From a virus (Duplodnaviria > Caudoviricetes): a stretch of 55,524 nt of DNA. Shown here piece by piece: positions 1 to 9,591 of the stretch. Made by a program: the position numbers and the translations under genes. The stretch's first letter is position 1, and each line of letters opens with the position of its first letter. The stretch lies in IMG/VR virus record IMGVR_UViG_3300025723_000050, positions 1-55,524 of that record. One strand, written 5' to 3'. The notes below the pieces were generated by a model. It was given only the letters and a program-made list of their open reading frames with translations, did not search any database and was not told the origin of the DNA.

Positions 1-4
1 TAAA

Positions 5-199
5 ATGAACTGGAACAATCGTTACGCTAGTGAAGACGACATTAAAGAGATGAGTAACGATCATAGAGAGTTTAATGATGCCATGGACCGTGTTCACACT
101 AAGAGCATGGAAACCTCAAAAGATCTTTCTAAGAAGATGAAAGATTTACATGAAATGGTTCAAACTATCAAGAGTATAAACAACCCTGATGCACCATAG
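5..199 (+). CDS. Small hypothetical protein with N-terminal WNNRYA tag
   Basis: 64-aa ORF; N-terminus MNWNNRYAS resembles MDWNQRYAA of the ORF at 40966. Confidence 0.6.
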   Translation: MNWNNRYASEDDIKEMSNDHREFNDAMDRVHTKSMETSKDLSKKMKDLHEMVQTIKSINNPDAP

Positions 200-299
200 A
201 GCTAAACCCCTTATAACACAAGGAAAATAGAAAATCGGAATCGGTTCTAAGGCCGGTGACGCGTGGTGCCCGTTTTAACCTAACTAGGAGTATAACTTA

Positions 300-1529
300 A
301 TGTTTAACAGTAAAGAAGCTGCAAAAAGAAATAAGTACTTTGTGCCTGATGCTTCACGGGCTAGGTCTAATACTACACGTGCCAAAGACCCATTGACTCT
401 TTTGCACATGGAAGGCACTGGTGGGTACAGCATCCACAAAGAAGATCCTGAGTTCTTTCATGTAAACAACCAGACTGCTAAGGCTGCTAATGCTTATCTT
501 AGCTACCTTGATGAAGACGAAGCCCCAAGCCCCAAGGCTGTTCGTCTATTTGGCCTTGAAGAAGCTAGTCCGGGCAACTGGAGACACAACCGAGATAAGT
601 CGCAGCTAGCTAACGTTAAAACGCTTGGTGACTATATGAACGTTAAGGTGCGTAACAAGACTTTTGGCCATACATACCAGCTTGGTATTGGGATACGTCA
701 ACCATCGTTGGTTATTGCTCCTAGTGAAGAAGGCTACACGGACTACCGTGGTAAGCGTGCAGGATCGTACACCAATGAGCGAACAGGTGAAAAGCACATT
801 GCTAATCCATTGACTCTTATGGGCCAATCAGAAGCAGAGACAATGTTGCGGTTTAATAGGCTAGTAAACGAGAATGTTACTGATCCTGAGCGATACCGTG
901 AACAAATGAAGAAAGTAAATTACCGCACTCATGGTGTCAAAGAAGGTGGGAGTTACATAGGGATCAAAGAAGGCACCGAACCACTACTTGTTCACCACCA
1001 CATCAACCACACAATCAACAATATGTGTGAAGCTCATGATGCTGTTGCAGGCGGAATTGATCAAAAAACAATTGATCAAGGTAAAACTGCCCGTTTTGTT
1101 AAGTGTTTTTGCCCTCACTGCATAATTGATAAGAGTACTCACCCTGTTAATCAGTGGAAAGATATGCAACACCACGAAGAAGCAGCCCGTAAAGCTGACC
1201 CAGCGACCGGTGAACTCGAAGATCCTAGAATTAGAAAAGCATATTTTGTTGGTTTTCCTGTTTCTGAGAGTGCTCAAGAGCTTGGACCAGTGGGTAAGCG
1301 TTGTCACCACCGTATTATGGAAGGTACTAAGGCTGAATCACAGGTTATTAACCACGCTGTTCGCGGTAGAAAAGATAGAGCAGCAAAATCTATGGACAAT
1401 TCACGGGGATCTCGACGTCGTCCATCCAGTGGTACTCCTCTTGATAACCTGATTGATAATTCAGGAATACAATCAAGAGTGCATTTTGACAGTGATACTG
1501 ACAGTGATACTGACAGCGATGAAGAATAA
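300..1529 (+). CDS. Hypothetical His/Cys-containing protein, possible head cargo
   Basis: 409-aa ORF, AGGAG RBS upstream; starts MFNSKEAA; CxCxxC motif; acidic DSDT-repeat tail. Confidence 0.75.
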   Translation: MFNSKEAAKRNKYFVPDASRARSNTTRAKDPLTLLHMEGTGGYSIHKEDPEFFHVNNQTAKAANAYLSYLDEDEAPSPKAVRLFGLEEASPGNWRHNRDKSQLANVKTLGDYMNVKVRNKTFGHTYQLGIGIRQPSLVIAPSEEGYTDYRGKRAGSYTNERTGEKHIANPLTLMGQSEAETMLRFNRLVNENVTDPERYREQMKKVNYRTHGVKEGGSYIGIKEGTEPLLVHHHINHTINNMCEAHDAVAGGIDQKTIDQGKTARFVKCFCPHCIIDKSTHPVNQWKDMQHHEEAARKADPATGELEDPRIRKAYFVGFPVSESAQELGPVGKRCHHRIMEGTKAESQVINHAVRGRKDRAAKSMDNSRGSRRRPSSGTPLDNLIDNSGIQSRVHFDSDTDSDTDSDEE

Positions 1530-1553
1530 AATCAAATTGTTACCTGAAATCTA

Positions 1554-1590
1554 TTGACAAGAATAAAAAAATCCTCTTATATATATAACT
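1554..1590 (+). promoter_or_regulatory. Possible sigma70-type promoter
   Basis: Perfect TTGACA at 1554-1559; TATA-rich segment 17-18 nt downstream is an imperfect -10. Confidence 0.35.
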
Positions 1591-1599
1591 AAGGAAAAC

Positions 1600-1980
1600 A
1601 TGTCAGATAACCGTGACTATGAATCACACACTGATGAAGAAAAAAAGCATAGTGATACTGATATCCTCCGGTTTAAGGAGAATATTGACCAAATTTCCTC
1701 CTTATCATCAATCTTTTCGGTAGAAAAACCAAAAGAAAACGATAACGATCATGTTTATCGCATAAATATCACTGAATATTGCAAACATGACGGTGTTATC
1801 ATCGAATACACCAAAGAAATTGACGTTTATGACTTTTCTTTGGTCATGGATGAGATTTTTGACATCGATATTGACAATTTTGACATCGATGAAGACAATT
1901 ACGAAGAAGATGTCAGGGTTTTCGGTAGCTTAGACGAAGTTATTGACTATCTTCAGCAAAATAAAGAAGAAGATAGCTAA
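1600..1980 (+). CDS. Highly acidic hypothetical protein
   Basis: 126-aa ORF with AAGGA RBS; very D/E-rich. Confidence 0.7.
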   Translation: MSDNRDYESHTDEEKKHSDTDILRFKENIDQISSLSSIFSVEKPKENDNDHVYRINITEYCKHDGVIIEYTKEIDVYDFSLVMDEIFDIDIDNFDIDEDNYEEDVRVFGSLDEVIDYLQQNKEEDS

Positions 1981-2402
1981 TGACAGTAGAAAGCCACGAC
2001 CAAAATGTTACTCATCATTACACTGTTCATTATCCTGATCACCCTGAGCGTACTTCAGACCCACACTACGTTGATTTCAATCATTTTAGAGCAAAAACTA
2101 AAGATACTGCTGTTTGTAGCATCGGTTCTCACCGCAATGACTTTAGCGAATGCGATTCCGATCACCCCTTAGAGCTTCACCACACTCATATTGAGTTCAG
2201 TTTGCAAAACGGTGTTGATCTTAAATGGCTCGAGGCTGATTACCCAGGTGTTAGTGATCCTGACAACATTGGTGCATGGGTAGAAAGTGCAGACAACCTT
2301 GAGTGGCTTTGTTTATTCCATCACAGAGGGCACGGAGGTGTCCATACGGCAGCAGCAGCCGACTATGAAGCTGAAAAATATGTGAGAGGGCTCATAAAAT
2401 GA
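1980..2402 (+). CDS. His-rich HNH-like (His-Me finger) protein
   Basis: C..C, LELHH and NLxxLCxxHH...GVH pattern typical of HNH-like folds; TAATG coupling to upstream gene. Confidence 0.55.
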   Translation: MTVESHDQNVTHHYTVHYPDHPERTSDPHYVDFNHFRAKTKDTAVCSIGSHRNDFSECDSDHPLELHHTHIEFSLQNGVDLKWLEADYPGVSDPDNIGAWVESADNLEWLCLFHHRGHGGVHTAAAADYEAEKYVRGLIK

Positions 2403-3127
2403 CAGACCGTATCGTAGGTAAACTAGGTAAGCTAGACCCAAGACGCCCTGCTGGGCTTCATTCACTTGCTTTTTATCAAGGCAACCCTCTTCCAGCTGCA
2501 CCAGATAGCGTAATTACACCAAATGTACCCAATTGGGGAGTCTTAGGAAACGATACACATGGGGATTGTACTTTTGCTGGTATTGTACACGCCAGAATGG
2601 CTAACGCTGCTACGCTGGGCCTCACAGAAACCTTCCCCTCCGACGCCGATGTGGTCAACGCGTACCTTTCTTTTACGGGAGGAGCAGATCAAGGAGCGGT
2701 AGAGGCAGATTTGCTTAAGTTCTGGCAAACCAATGATTTGTTTGGTAGCAAACTTGCTGCTTTTGCTCCTACTGATCATGCTGACCTTGACGAGCTTCGT
2801 AGCGTCATTGCTTCTTATGGCCTTGTATACATCGGTGTAAAGCTTCCTGTCACATTCCAACAGCAGTTCGTACAGAACCAACCATGGGACCTTACAGGCA
2901 CTCCTGCTGACAATCAGATCGAGGGTGGGCACTGCATCATCCTTACTGGTTACGATAAGGACTACGCTGAATGTATTACCTGGGGTAAAGTGCAGAAGGT
3001 GTCATGGAGGTGGCTGCAGAGCTACATGGAAGAGAGCTGGGCTCTCATCACTCCAGAAATTGTTGAGAAAGGTCTTTACGGCAACATGCGCCTCGAAGAA
3101 CTTACTACTGACCTAGGAAAACTATAA
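2399..3127 (+). CDS. Papain-like (C1-type) cysteine peptidase
   Basis: GDCTFAG (catalytic Cys), GGHCIILTGYD (catalytic His), ITWG motif. Confidence 0.8.
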   Translation: MTDRIVGKLGKLDPRRPAGLHSLAFYQGNPLPAAPDSVITPNVPNWGVLGNDTHGDCTFAGIVHARMANAATLGLTETFPSDADVVNAYLSFTGGADQGAVEADLLKFWQTNDLFGSKLAAFAPTDHADLDELRSVIASYGLVYIGVKLPVTFQQQFVQNQPWDLTGTPADNQIEGGHCIILTGYDKDYAECITWGKVQKVSWRWLQSYMEESWALITPEIVEKGLYGNMRLEELTTDLGKL

Positions 3128-4092
3128 TGGCTAATATCCCAAAGAGAACAGATGAGATCCTTGAAGAGCAAGGTGACCGAGTTCGCATTATTGCTAACAT
3201 TGGCCCAATGCGTTATAAGACCGGTGGACTGTTCTCTGGCCTTCTTGTAGAGGCAATGCTTGGTGATGAACGTATTGGCTATTTTACTGCTGAAAAGCAA
3301 GCTAGCGGTAACTACATTATGGATGGCGTCTATGTTGAGCCAGATTATAGAAATAATGGTATTGCTACTGAGATGCTGCGCAAGGCGCATGCAACCGTAA
3401 ACCTTACCCCTTATGCATTGACTGATAACCAGGTTTACCAATCAGAAGCTGGTAAGAAGCTTATTGACAAAGAAACACGCATGTTCACTGCTAGTACTCT
3501 TGTAACTGCTGGACCACTGCTTGCTTTGCCTGAGATTGCTGCTGTAGCTGAAGAAGCTGGTGCTGCAGGATCAGGCGCTAGCAATGTTGGTAAAGCGTTG
3601 AATACTGTAAGTAATATAACATCTAATGGTGGCAATAACGGTGGATCAGATGGCCAACAACAAGATGGCACAGCTGAAAGCCCTTCAACTAGTTCACAAG
3701 ATTTTGCAAACCCTGCGAATCCTGTGATGGGTAGTTTTAAGGTTGTTTCTTTTATGCCAACGCCAACTGTACCGATGGAAACTCCATTGATGATGCCACA
3801 ACCAAGTACATCAGGCAACCACCCAGGTTATAACGTTAACCAAACAGAAACTAAAACAGAATCGCCTAAAGAAGAAAAGCCTGTAGCAAAAGAAATAACA
3901 GAACTAAAAAAACCAGTTTCTAATCCAGACAAAAACTTTTCTTTTGAACTTGACTTCCCTATGCCAATCTCTCACTTTTCTGATTCAGCTCATCCAAGAA
4001 CTAGCAGTATTGATAGCAATAGATTATTTGATTTGCTTGCTGAAGACCAATCACGCTTTGCTAGCGCCGAGAAAACCACTACTTGGGAATAA
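3127..4092 (+). CDS. GNAT acetyltransferase domain plus low-complexity C-terminal region
   Basis: VYVEPDYRNNGIATEML acetyl-CoA-binding motif A; SEAG motif; G/N/S/P-rich tail. Confidence 0.7.
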   Translation: MANIPKRTDEILEEQGDRVRIIANIGPMRYKTGGLFSGLLVEAMLGDERIGYFTAEKQASGNYIMDGVYVEPDYRNNGIATEMLRKAHATVNLTPYALTDNQVYQSEAGKKLIDKETRMFTASTLVTAGPLLALPEIAAVAEEAGAAGSGASNVGKALNTVSNITSNGGNNGGSDGQQQDGTAESPSTSSQDFANPANPVMGSFKVVSFMPTPTVPMETPLMMPQPSTSGNHPGYNVNQTETKTESPKEEKPVAKEITELKKPVSNPDKNFSFELDFPMPISHFSDSAHPRTSSIDSNRLFDLLAEDQSRFASAEKTTTWE

Positions 4093-4127
4093 GAGTTAAA
4101 ACAACCCTTAAGGCGCACTAGTCATTG

Positions 4128-5033
4128 ATGAGATACGCTACGCAAGGCAATGGTAACTACGGAGATGATGCTTCGTTACGCGCTATTGAGTCTCCTACAG
4201 AGGAAGACGAAGGGTTTGGTTTGCCTGGCCAATCTGCGATTGGCACTGTTGGTTACTTTAGATTTGCAGACATTGGTAACGAAGACGAAAACTCAACAAG
4301 ATTGACTGCTTTGGGTGATAAACCTAAAGATACCATTGATCTTGGCGGAGAACCACCAGTTGCAAGCAATGAAGGACTAGCTAGCGTTTCACCTGGTTCG
4401 CTATCAACGATTATTGGAGCAAATATGAGCATGAATGCAAGAATTGCATATGTTATGGAGAATGGTGAGCCATTCTGTAACCACTGTGAAAAGAACTACT
4501 TTCCAAAAGGACGCATTGCTTGCACGTGGTGCGGCTGTGGACGCCCGAATGATGATCATGGTGTAGTTGAGAATGATTTCAATGGTTCAAGCTTGCTTGA
4601 GAACGTAGAAGGCCCTACTGCTGGTGATCTTGACGCTGGTCGTGACATCGTTAAAGAAGAAGCCAAAATGGGTGCCGCTGGAGCATTCTACGCAATGTTT
4701 AAACAAGCTAACGATAGTGAGCTTTACTACCAAGGGTATGGCGATGCACAATCGGGCAAGCCAATGGATGAAGACCTTGCACTCTTGAGCAAAGACTATT
4801 ACGAAGGCTACAGAGGGTACAAGTTTTATAACAAAACTCCTCAGCAAAGCGTTGGTCAAAGTCTTTATGATATTAAACCAAATAGCAATTCAATTCCTCG
4901 TTCGCACGACATGCACCAGATGACCCCAGGTGAAGCTGACCGTGGTCCTCTTGAATTGACGGATGGTTTTAATCACGCTACCGCTTCTGCTGGGCTTCCT
5001 ATTGATGTGATTCAAAAGTTCTTTGAGATCTAA
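4128..5033 (+). CDS. Hypothetical protein with Zn-ribbon
   Basis: ATG at 4128 (MRYA...); CxxC...CxxCGC. Confidence 0.7.
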   Translation: MRYATQGNGNYGDDASLRAIESPTEEDEGFGLPGQSAIGTVGYFRFADIGNEDENSTRLTALGDKPKDTIDLGGEPPVASNEGLASVSPGSLSTIIGANMSMNARIAYVMENGEPFCNHCEKNYFPKGRIACTWCGCGRPNDDHGVVENDFNGSSLLENVEGPTAGDLDAGRDIVKEEAKMGAAGAFYAMFKQANDSELYYQGYGDAQSGKPMDEDLALLSKDYYEGYRGYKFYNKTPQQSVGQSLYDIKPNSNSIPRSHDMHQMTPGEADRGPLELTDGFNHATASAGLPIDVIQKFFEI

Positions 5034-5034
5034 T

Positions 5035-5703
5035 ATGGCACAGTGTTTTATCTGTAATAATGGTGAACTTGTTAGGACAGCTAGCAAAACAGGACCAGAA
5101 ATTTATTGTAATGGTTGCCGTAGAGTAGTGCTTAGCTCATACCTTGGGTTTAGTATCACTGCTAATGAGATTGAAAGTTCACTTGAACCATGTGAGGTCA
5201 AAACAGATCAAGGCATTAAACCTGGTTGGAAGGGCCCTGGTGACAGAGCCAAATGTAATATCTTTGACCCATCAATCAAGGGTGATTACACTGTGCCAGG
5301 TACTGAAGCAAGTGCTAAGAAAAAAGCTACTGACTCTGTTTATTCTTACAGACACCGTCAAGCTGCAAACAAAATCATTAATGCTACTGCCTATTTCTCT
5401 GGTGCCCCTGCCGCGATTGTTCCTCAATCGAGTAACTCTCAAGATTTTGCTAATAATGGACCTAACCCAGCACCTCCTTCAGCAAAACCACAAGATTTTA
5501 GTGCTACTGACCAAAGCTCTATCGGTCAAGCTACAGCGCCTGGTGGTATACAGCCTGGTGATATGAACAAGAACAACCCACTTAATAGTGGCACTACTGC
5601 CAGCAGAAGATTGGCTGAATTGCTTAGTGAAGAACTAGGCCCAAGTTTTTGCACAGAACATATGACGCATGATGAATGTAATCACAGCCGTAAATCGCAA
5701 TAG
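5035..5703 (+). CDS. Hypothetical protein with N-terminal Zn-ribbon
   Basis: ATG directly after upstream TAA; CFIC...CNGC; P/Q-rich C-terminal half. Confidence 0.7.
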   Translation: MAQCFICNNGELVRTASKTGPEIYCNGCRRVVLSSYLGFSITANEIESSLEPCEVKTDQGIKPGWKGPGDRAKCNIFDPSIKGDYTVPGTEASAKKKATDSVYSYRHRQAANKIINATAYFSGAPAAIVPQSSNSQDFANNGPNPAPPSAKPQDFSATDQSSIGQATAPGGIQPGDMNKNNPLNSGTTASRRLAELLSEELGPSFCTEHMTHDECNHSRKSQ

Positions 5704-5730
5704 TGACTGAGGAAAAAGAAAGACTCCATT

Positions 5731-6441
5731 ATGAACTACGACAACATTGAGATCGAAGCCAAGACTGCTGCTGCTGATGCACGTTGGTTTAACGGTACAT
5801 CCGAAAGCATCTTGACACGCCTTGACAGACTCCAAGACATCTTGGATAGAACGCGCATGGCTGCTAGCAACCCTAATGCTGGCATGAGAGACATTGAGCG
5901 TTATGCCAATATCCTAACTGAGTTGGGTGCTGAGAAGGAATCGCTCGAGAAGCTTGCTTCAGAGTACGTTGACTTTGACACTGACATGTACCTTGACAGC
6001 CTTCCTGGTGGCACCATTGCCAAGGAATACCGTGTGAGCAGTGCTGGTACCAGTGACCTGGGTGAAGACGATGGTAGCCTCTTGTACCGTACAGCTGCAG
6101 GCATTGAAAACGAATTTGAGAATGCTGACTGGATTAACTTTGTTACTGCTGGTGCTGAAGTCTGGATTGAAGACCAAAGTCCTCACCTGCTTAACAGCCA
6201 ACTCAACACTCGTGAAGCTGCTGTCTACTATGTTGAGCGTAAGACGTTTCCCATTCTAGATACAGTTAAGCGTGCATCTATCATTGAGAATTTTGTTGAT
6301 AATGTAGAAATCTGCCGCCGAGCTAAGAATGATGGGTCTAGCTTCCGTAGTATTAAGAGTGCTAGCGCGAATAAGCTTTCTGCTCGTATTATTGAGCAGG
6401 CCATTGACGAGTCGTTTGGAGATGGCCTTAACTGGCTCTAA
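5731..6441 (+). CDS. Hypothetical helical protein, probably head-associated
   Basis: 236-aa ORF with strong codon bias; several K/R-x-A motifs. Confidence 0.7.
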   Translation: MNYDNIEIEAKTAAADARWFNGTSESILTRLDRLQDILDRTRMAASNPNAGMRDIERYANILTELGAEKESLEKLASEYVDFDTDMYLDSLPGGTIAKEYRVSSAGTSDLGEDDGSLLYRTAAGIENEFENADWINFVTAGAEVWIEDQSPHLLNSQLNTREAAVYYVERKTFPILDTVKRASIIENFVDNVEICRRAKNDGSSFRSIKSASANKLSARIIEQAIDESFGDGLNWL

Positions 6442-6443
6442 CG

Positions 6444-6959
6444 ATGGAAACATGGAATGGCTTTAGAGTCGTCGGTGCAGTAGAAGACGATACTGATACT
6501 GACAATGATTTCACCAAAGATGGTGAGCTTGTACCTACTTTAAAGAAGATGCTTGCTGAAGCCTATGTTCTTTATCACACTATCCATGGGTTTCATTGGA
6601 ACGTAGAAGGATCAGACTTCTATGAATACCACAAGCTATTTGATGAAATTGTAAGTGATATTTACGAGAACATTGACCCTATCGCTGAAAATATTAAAAA
6701 ACTAGGCGAAAAAGCACCATTTTCTATGAGTCAGCTTGTTAGTATAAGTAGTATCAAAGATACTGACCTTGAAAGCAATAATACAAAAGAGCTGTCTAAG
6801 AAGTTCTTGGGTATGAACGAAGAGTACATCGATCATATCAAGAAAGCATTTAGAGTTGCTAACGATGCTGATGAACAAGGCATCGCTAACTTTATTGCTG
6901 AACGCATTGATCAACACCAAAAGTGGAGTTGGTTCTTGAAGGCGTCTACTGAGGCATAA
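6444..6959 (+). CDS. dps: Dps (DNA-binding ferritin-like protein) with N-terminal extension
   Basis: HGFHWNVEGSDFYEYHKLFDE and DPIAE ferroxidase motifs; C-terminal KWSWFL. Confidence 0.92.
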   Translation: METWNGFRVVGAVEDDTDTDNDFTKDGELVPTLKKMLAEAYVLYHTIHGFHWNVEGSDFYEYHKLFDEIVSDIYENIDPIAENIKKLGEKAPFSMSQLVSISSIKDTDLESNNTKELSKKFLGMNEEYIDHIKKAFRVANDADEQGIANFIAERIDQHQKWSWFLKASTEA

Positions 6960-7189
6960 TGGATTCTGTTACAGAAAACATAGGTAATGTAGTTGCTTTG
7001 CTTACTGCAATTGTTAGTGGCCAAGAAGAATTAGCTTATAAAATGGTTCTTGAGAGTGATCCTGTCGAGTTGTTCAGTTCAATCGCTGGAGTTATGATGG
7101 TTTTCATTAATAAGTTATCAAGTATTAATGGGATTACCCCAGAAGAGTGCCTAAAGAACTTGGCACTAATAGCGTACAAAGCTAATTAA
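6959..7189 (+). CDS. Hypothetical protein
   Basis: 76-aa ORF, TAATG coupled. Confidence 0.6.
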   Translation: MDSVTENIGNVVALLTAIVSGQEELAYKMVLESDPVELFSSIAGVMMVFINKLSSINGITPEECLKNLALIAYKAN

Positions 7190-7191
7190 TT

Positions 7192-7494
7192 ATGCCATTA
7201 GAATTGCCTGAAGGTATTACTTATAACGATGATAGTAATAAGTTTAACGAAGTAGAAGTTGATTCTACCGTTGATGTTGTAAATGATACAAAATGTATCA
7301 AATGTGAATTGCATTTGCAAGCTACGTTAGTTACAATAAACAATAGACACGAAGGCATTATCAAAGCAATGCCAAGTGAAAACATCCTGTGGAAAAACGT
7401 CTTACCAAAAGATCGCATTCGATGCATTAAGTTGATCAATGAGACTCTTATGGCAAAGCTAGAAAAACACATGGAAAGGCATAAACATGATTAG
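7192..7494 (+). CDS. Hypothetical protein
   Basis: 100-aa ORF with CxxC. Confidence 0.6.
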   Translation: MPLELPEGITYNDDSNKFNEVEVDSTVDVVNDTKCIKCELHLQATLVTINNRHEGIIKAMPSENILWKNVLPKDRIRCIKLINETLMAKLEKHMERHKHD

Positions 7495-7660
7495 ATACAG
7501 CAATACGCCAGACAAGAGCCCAAAGGTTCTTTACACAGATAGCCCAACGTCACGTGTCACCACTACGTCAGACCTTAAAGGTTTTAATGACGAAGGCACT
7601 CCTAACGAGAACTTTAGGAACTTGCAAGACTTAGACGCGGATGATGCTAACGATAACTAA
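7487..7660 (+). CDS. Small hypothetical protein (57 aa, not in ORF track)
   Basis: Read manually: MIRYSNTPDK...DDANDN*; fills the gap between neighbours. Confidence 0.55.
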   Translation: MIRYSNTPDKSPKVLYTDSPTSRVTTTSDLKGFNDEGTPNENFRNLQDLDADDANDN

Positions 7661-7668
7661 GGACAATA

Positions 7669-8523
7669 GTGACTGATAAACTGGAAACAAATCCAGCTAC
7701 ACACATTGTAATACCTGATACTCAAGCCAAGAACGGTGTTCCAACTGATCACCTTACTTGGATTGGGAACTACATCGTAGAAGAGTTCCACAACCAAGAT
7801 GTGAAGATCATTCACCTTGGTGACCATGCTGATATGCCAGCTTTATCAATGTACGATAAAGGCAAGAAGAGTATGGAAGGTCGCCGTGTAAAAGCAGACA
7901 TTGAAGCTGCAAACGAGCACTGGCATATTCTTAACCAACCATTGTATGACTACAATGAGAACAAGCGTAAGAATAAACATGCTGCGTGGAATCCAGAGCG
8001 TCATATCTTGCTTGGCAACCATGAAGATCGCATTAACCGTGCTACAGAAATGGATGCTCAGATCTCTGGGTTGTTTAGTACCGATGATCTTGACTACGCT
8101 AAGAGTGGTTGGAGAGTTAGTCCTTTTAAGAATATCCTATGGCTAGATGGTGTAGCTTATAGTCACTTTTTCTATAACCATATGACTGGCATCCCATACG
8201 GTGGGAACATTGATACCCGCTTGAAGACCATTGGCCATTCGTTTACTATGGGGCATCAACAAACATTCCTTTATGGTATGCGTTATGTAAACGATAGTAA
8301 CGAACCATACTCACAACATGGCCTTGTCGCAGGCGCGTGCTACTTGCACGATGAAGACTATAAGGGTCCACAGGGCAACGCTCACTTCAGAGGTATCGTA
8401 GTAAAACATGGTGTACAGCATGGTAGCTATGATATCCAGCAGATTTCACTTGACTCTTTATGCCGTAGATACGAGGGAATGAGCCTCGAACGGTTTAAAA
8501 AGCTCAAGTATCCGCGTATGTAG
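7669..8523 (+). CDS. Calcineurin-like metallophosphoesterase
   Basis: DTQ, GDHAD, GNHE, SH and GH metal-binding motifs; AAGGA RBS with GTG start. Confidence 0.88.
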   Translation: MTDKLETNPATHIVIPDTQAKNGVPTDHLTWIGNYIVEEFHNQDVKIIHLGDHADMPALSMYDKGKKSMEGRRVKADIEAANEHWHILNQPLYDYNENKRKNKHAAWNPERHILLGNHEDRINRATEMDAQISGLFSTDDLDYAKSGWRVSPFKNILWLDGVAYSHFFYNHMTGIPYGGNIDTRLKTIGHSFTMGHQQTFLYGMRYVNDSNEPYSQHGLVAGACYLHDEDYKGPQGNAHFRGIVVKHGVQHGSYDIQQISLDSLCRRYEGMSLERFKKLKYPRM

Positions 8524-8526
8524 TAT

Positions 8527-9591
8527 ATGGCTTCTGCAATTACTCCTCAGCGTAAGAACTTTCGTTGCACCTTTAATCGTTATGTATCTGAATACAATAG
8601 GGATGCAGTAGTTCGTTCAATTATATCGCAATTTGAAGGGTATTTTGCTGAACCCGAAGTTACAGTCACCGATGATGGTTTTATTATCTCTTTAGCCCTT
8701 GGCGACAACCTATCTGCCACAATGGTTAGAGACAAGATCCTTTGGAACCAATTTGTAGAGAGCGTTACAGCTGCTGACGCCATTCGTAAGATGCAGATCA
8801 TCCGTTTGCCTAAAGCTAGTAAAGAGAACGAAGGCACCGTAGGTGGTTTTGGGCCACATGGTAGTGATAGCGGAGTAGATGAGATTATGGTTGCTGATGG
8901 CCGCCCTATCCCCCATAAAGAATTCAAGATTGATATGGGTGATCGAGCTGATGGCCCACCCACAGTTACTGCTAGTCTTCGTTACGCTGACCCAACTGGC
9001 AACATGCTTCCTCAGGTTTATGGTCCAGGTGCTGAAACTGATAAACCAGTTGATGAAGACCTTAACAGCGACATTACTAACATGAAGAGTGACCCTTCTA
9101 CTGAGCTTGACTCAGGTAAGCCTGCTCAAAACCACCCAAAGCTTTTTATGGGTTTTAGAGTGGTTGCTATCAATAGTGATACTGGTGGTGCCTTCACTCT
9201 TAATCAACCAAATGGCTTCCAGGACGTTGGTAAGCCACCTAGAAGTGGAGACATCCATCAAGAAGCAGGTGCTGCAACTGGTATTGGTGGTGGAGCCCCT
9301 ATTAGTGGTGCTAGCTGGTATGTAACCCAACCTGGCAATGAACAAGGCACTGATCTAGGTACAGAGCGTATCAAGAGTGATGCTTCTGCTGCTCCTTTTG
9401 GTGCTATTGCTGCTAGCAAGATTGAACCAGAACCAGAAGATGTAGATAGTGCAATTGACTTACCACAAGCGCGTGGTGGTACACAATCTGTCCCCGATGG
9501 TGGGCAAGTAGAGGGTTGGTTTGCCAGCCGTTACTTTGGTTTAAATGAAACATATGGATATGAAGGCGATATAGATGACTACGACATATAA
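8527..9591 (+). CDS. Hypothetical protein (folded N-terminus, G/P/D-rich remainder)
   Basis: 354-aa ORF; contains LRYA and GFRVVA motifs. Confidence 0.7.
   Translation: MASAITPQRKNFRCTFNRYVSEYNRDAVVRSIISQFEGYFAEPEVTVTDDGFIISLALGDNLSATMVRDKILWNQFVESVTAADAIRKMQIIRLPKASKENEGTVGGFGPHGSDSGVDEIMVADGRPIPHKEFKIDMGDRADGPPTVTASLRYADPTGNMLPQVYGPGAETDKPVDEDLNSDITNMKSDPSTELDSGKPAQNHPKLFMGFRVVAINSDTGGAFTLNQPNGFQDVGKPPRSGDIHQEAGAATGIGGGAPISGASWYVTQPGNEQGTDLGTERIKSDASAAPFGAIAASKIEPEPEDVDSAIDLPQARGGTQSVPDGGQVEGWFASRYFGLNETYGYEGDIDDYDI

Noticed and set aside
1488-1520. 12-bp tandem repeat GACAGTGATACT
   Set aside because: Encodes the acidic DSDT tail of ORF 300..1529; no sign of a separate function
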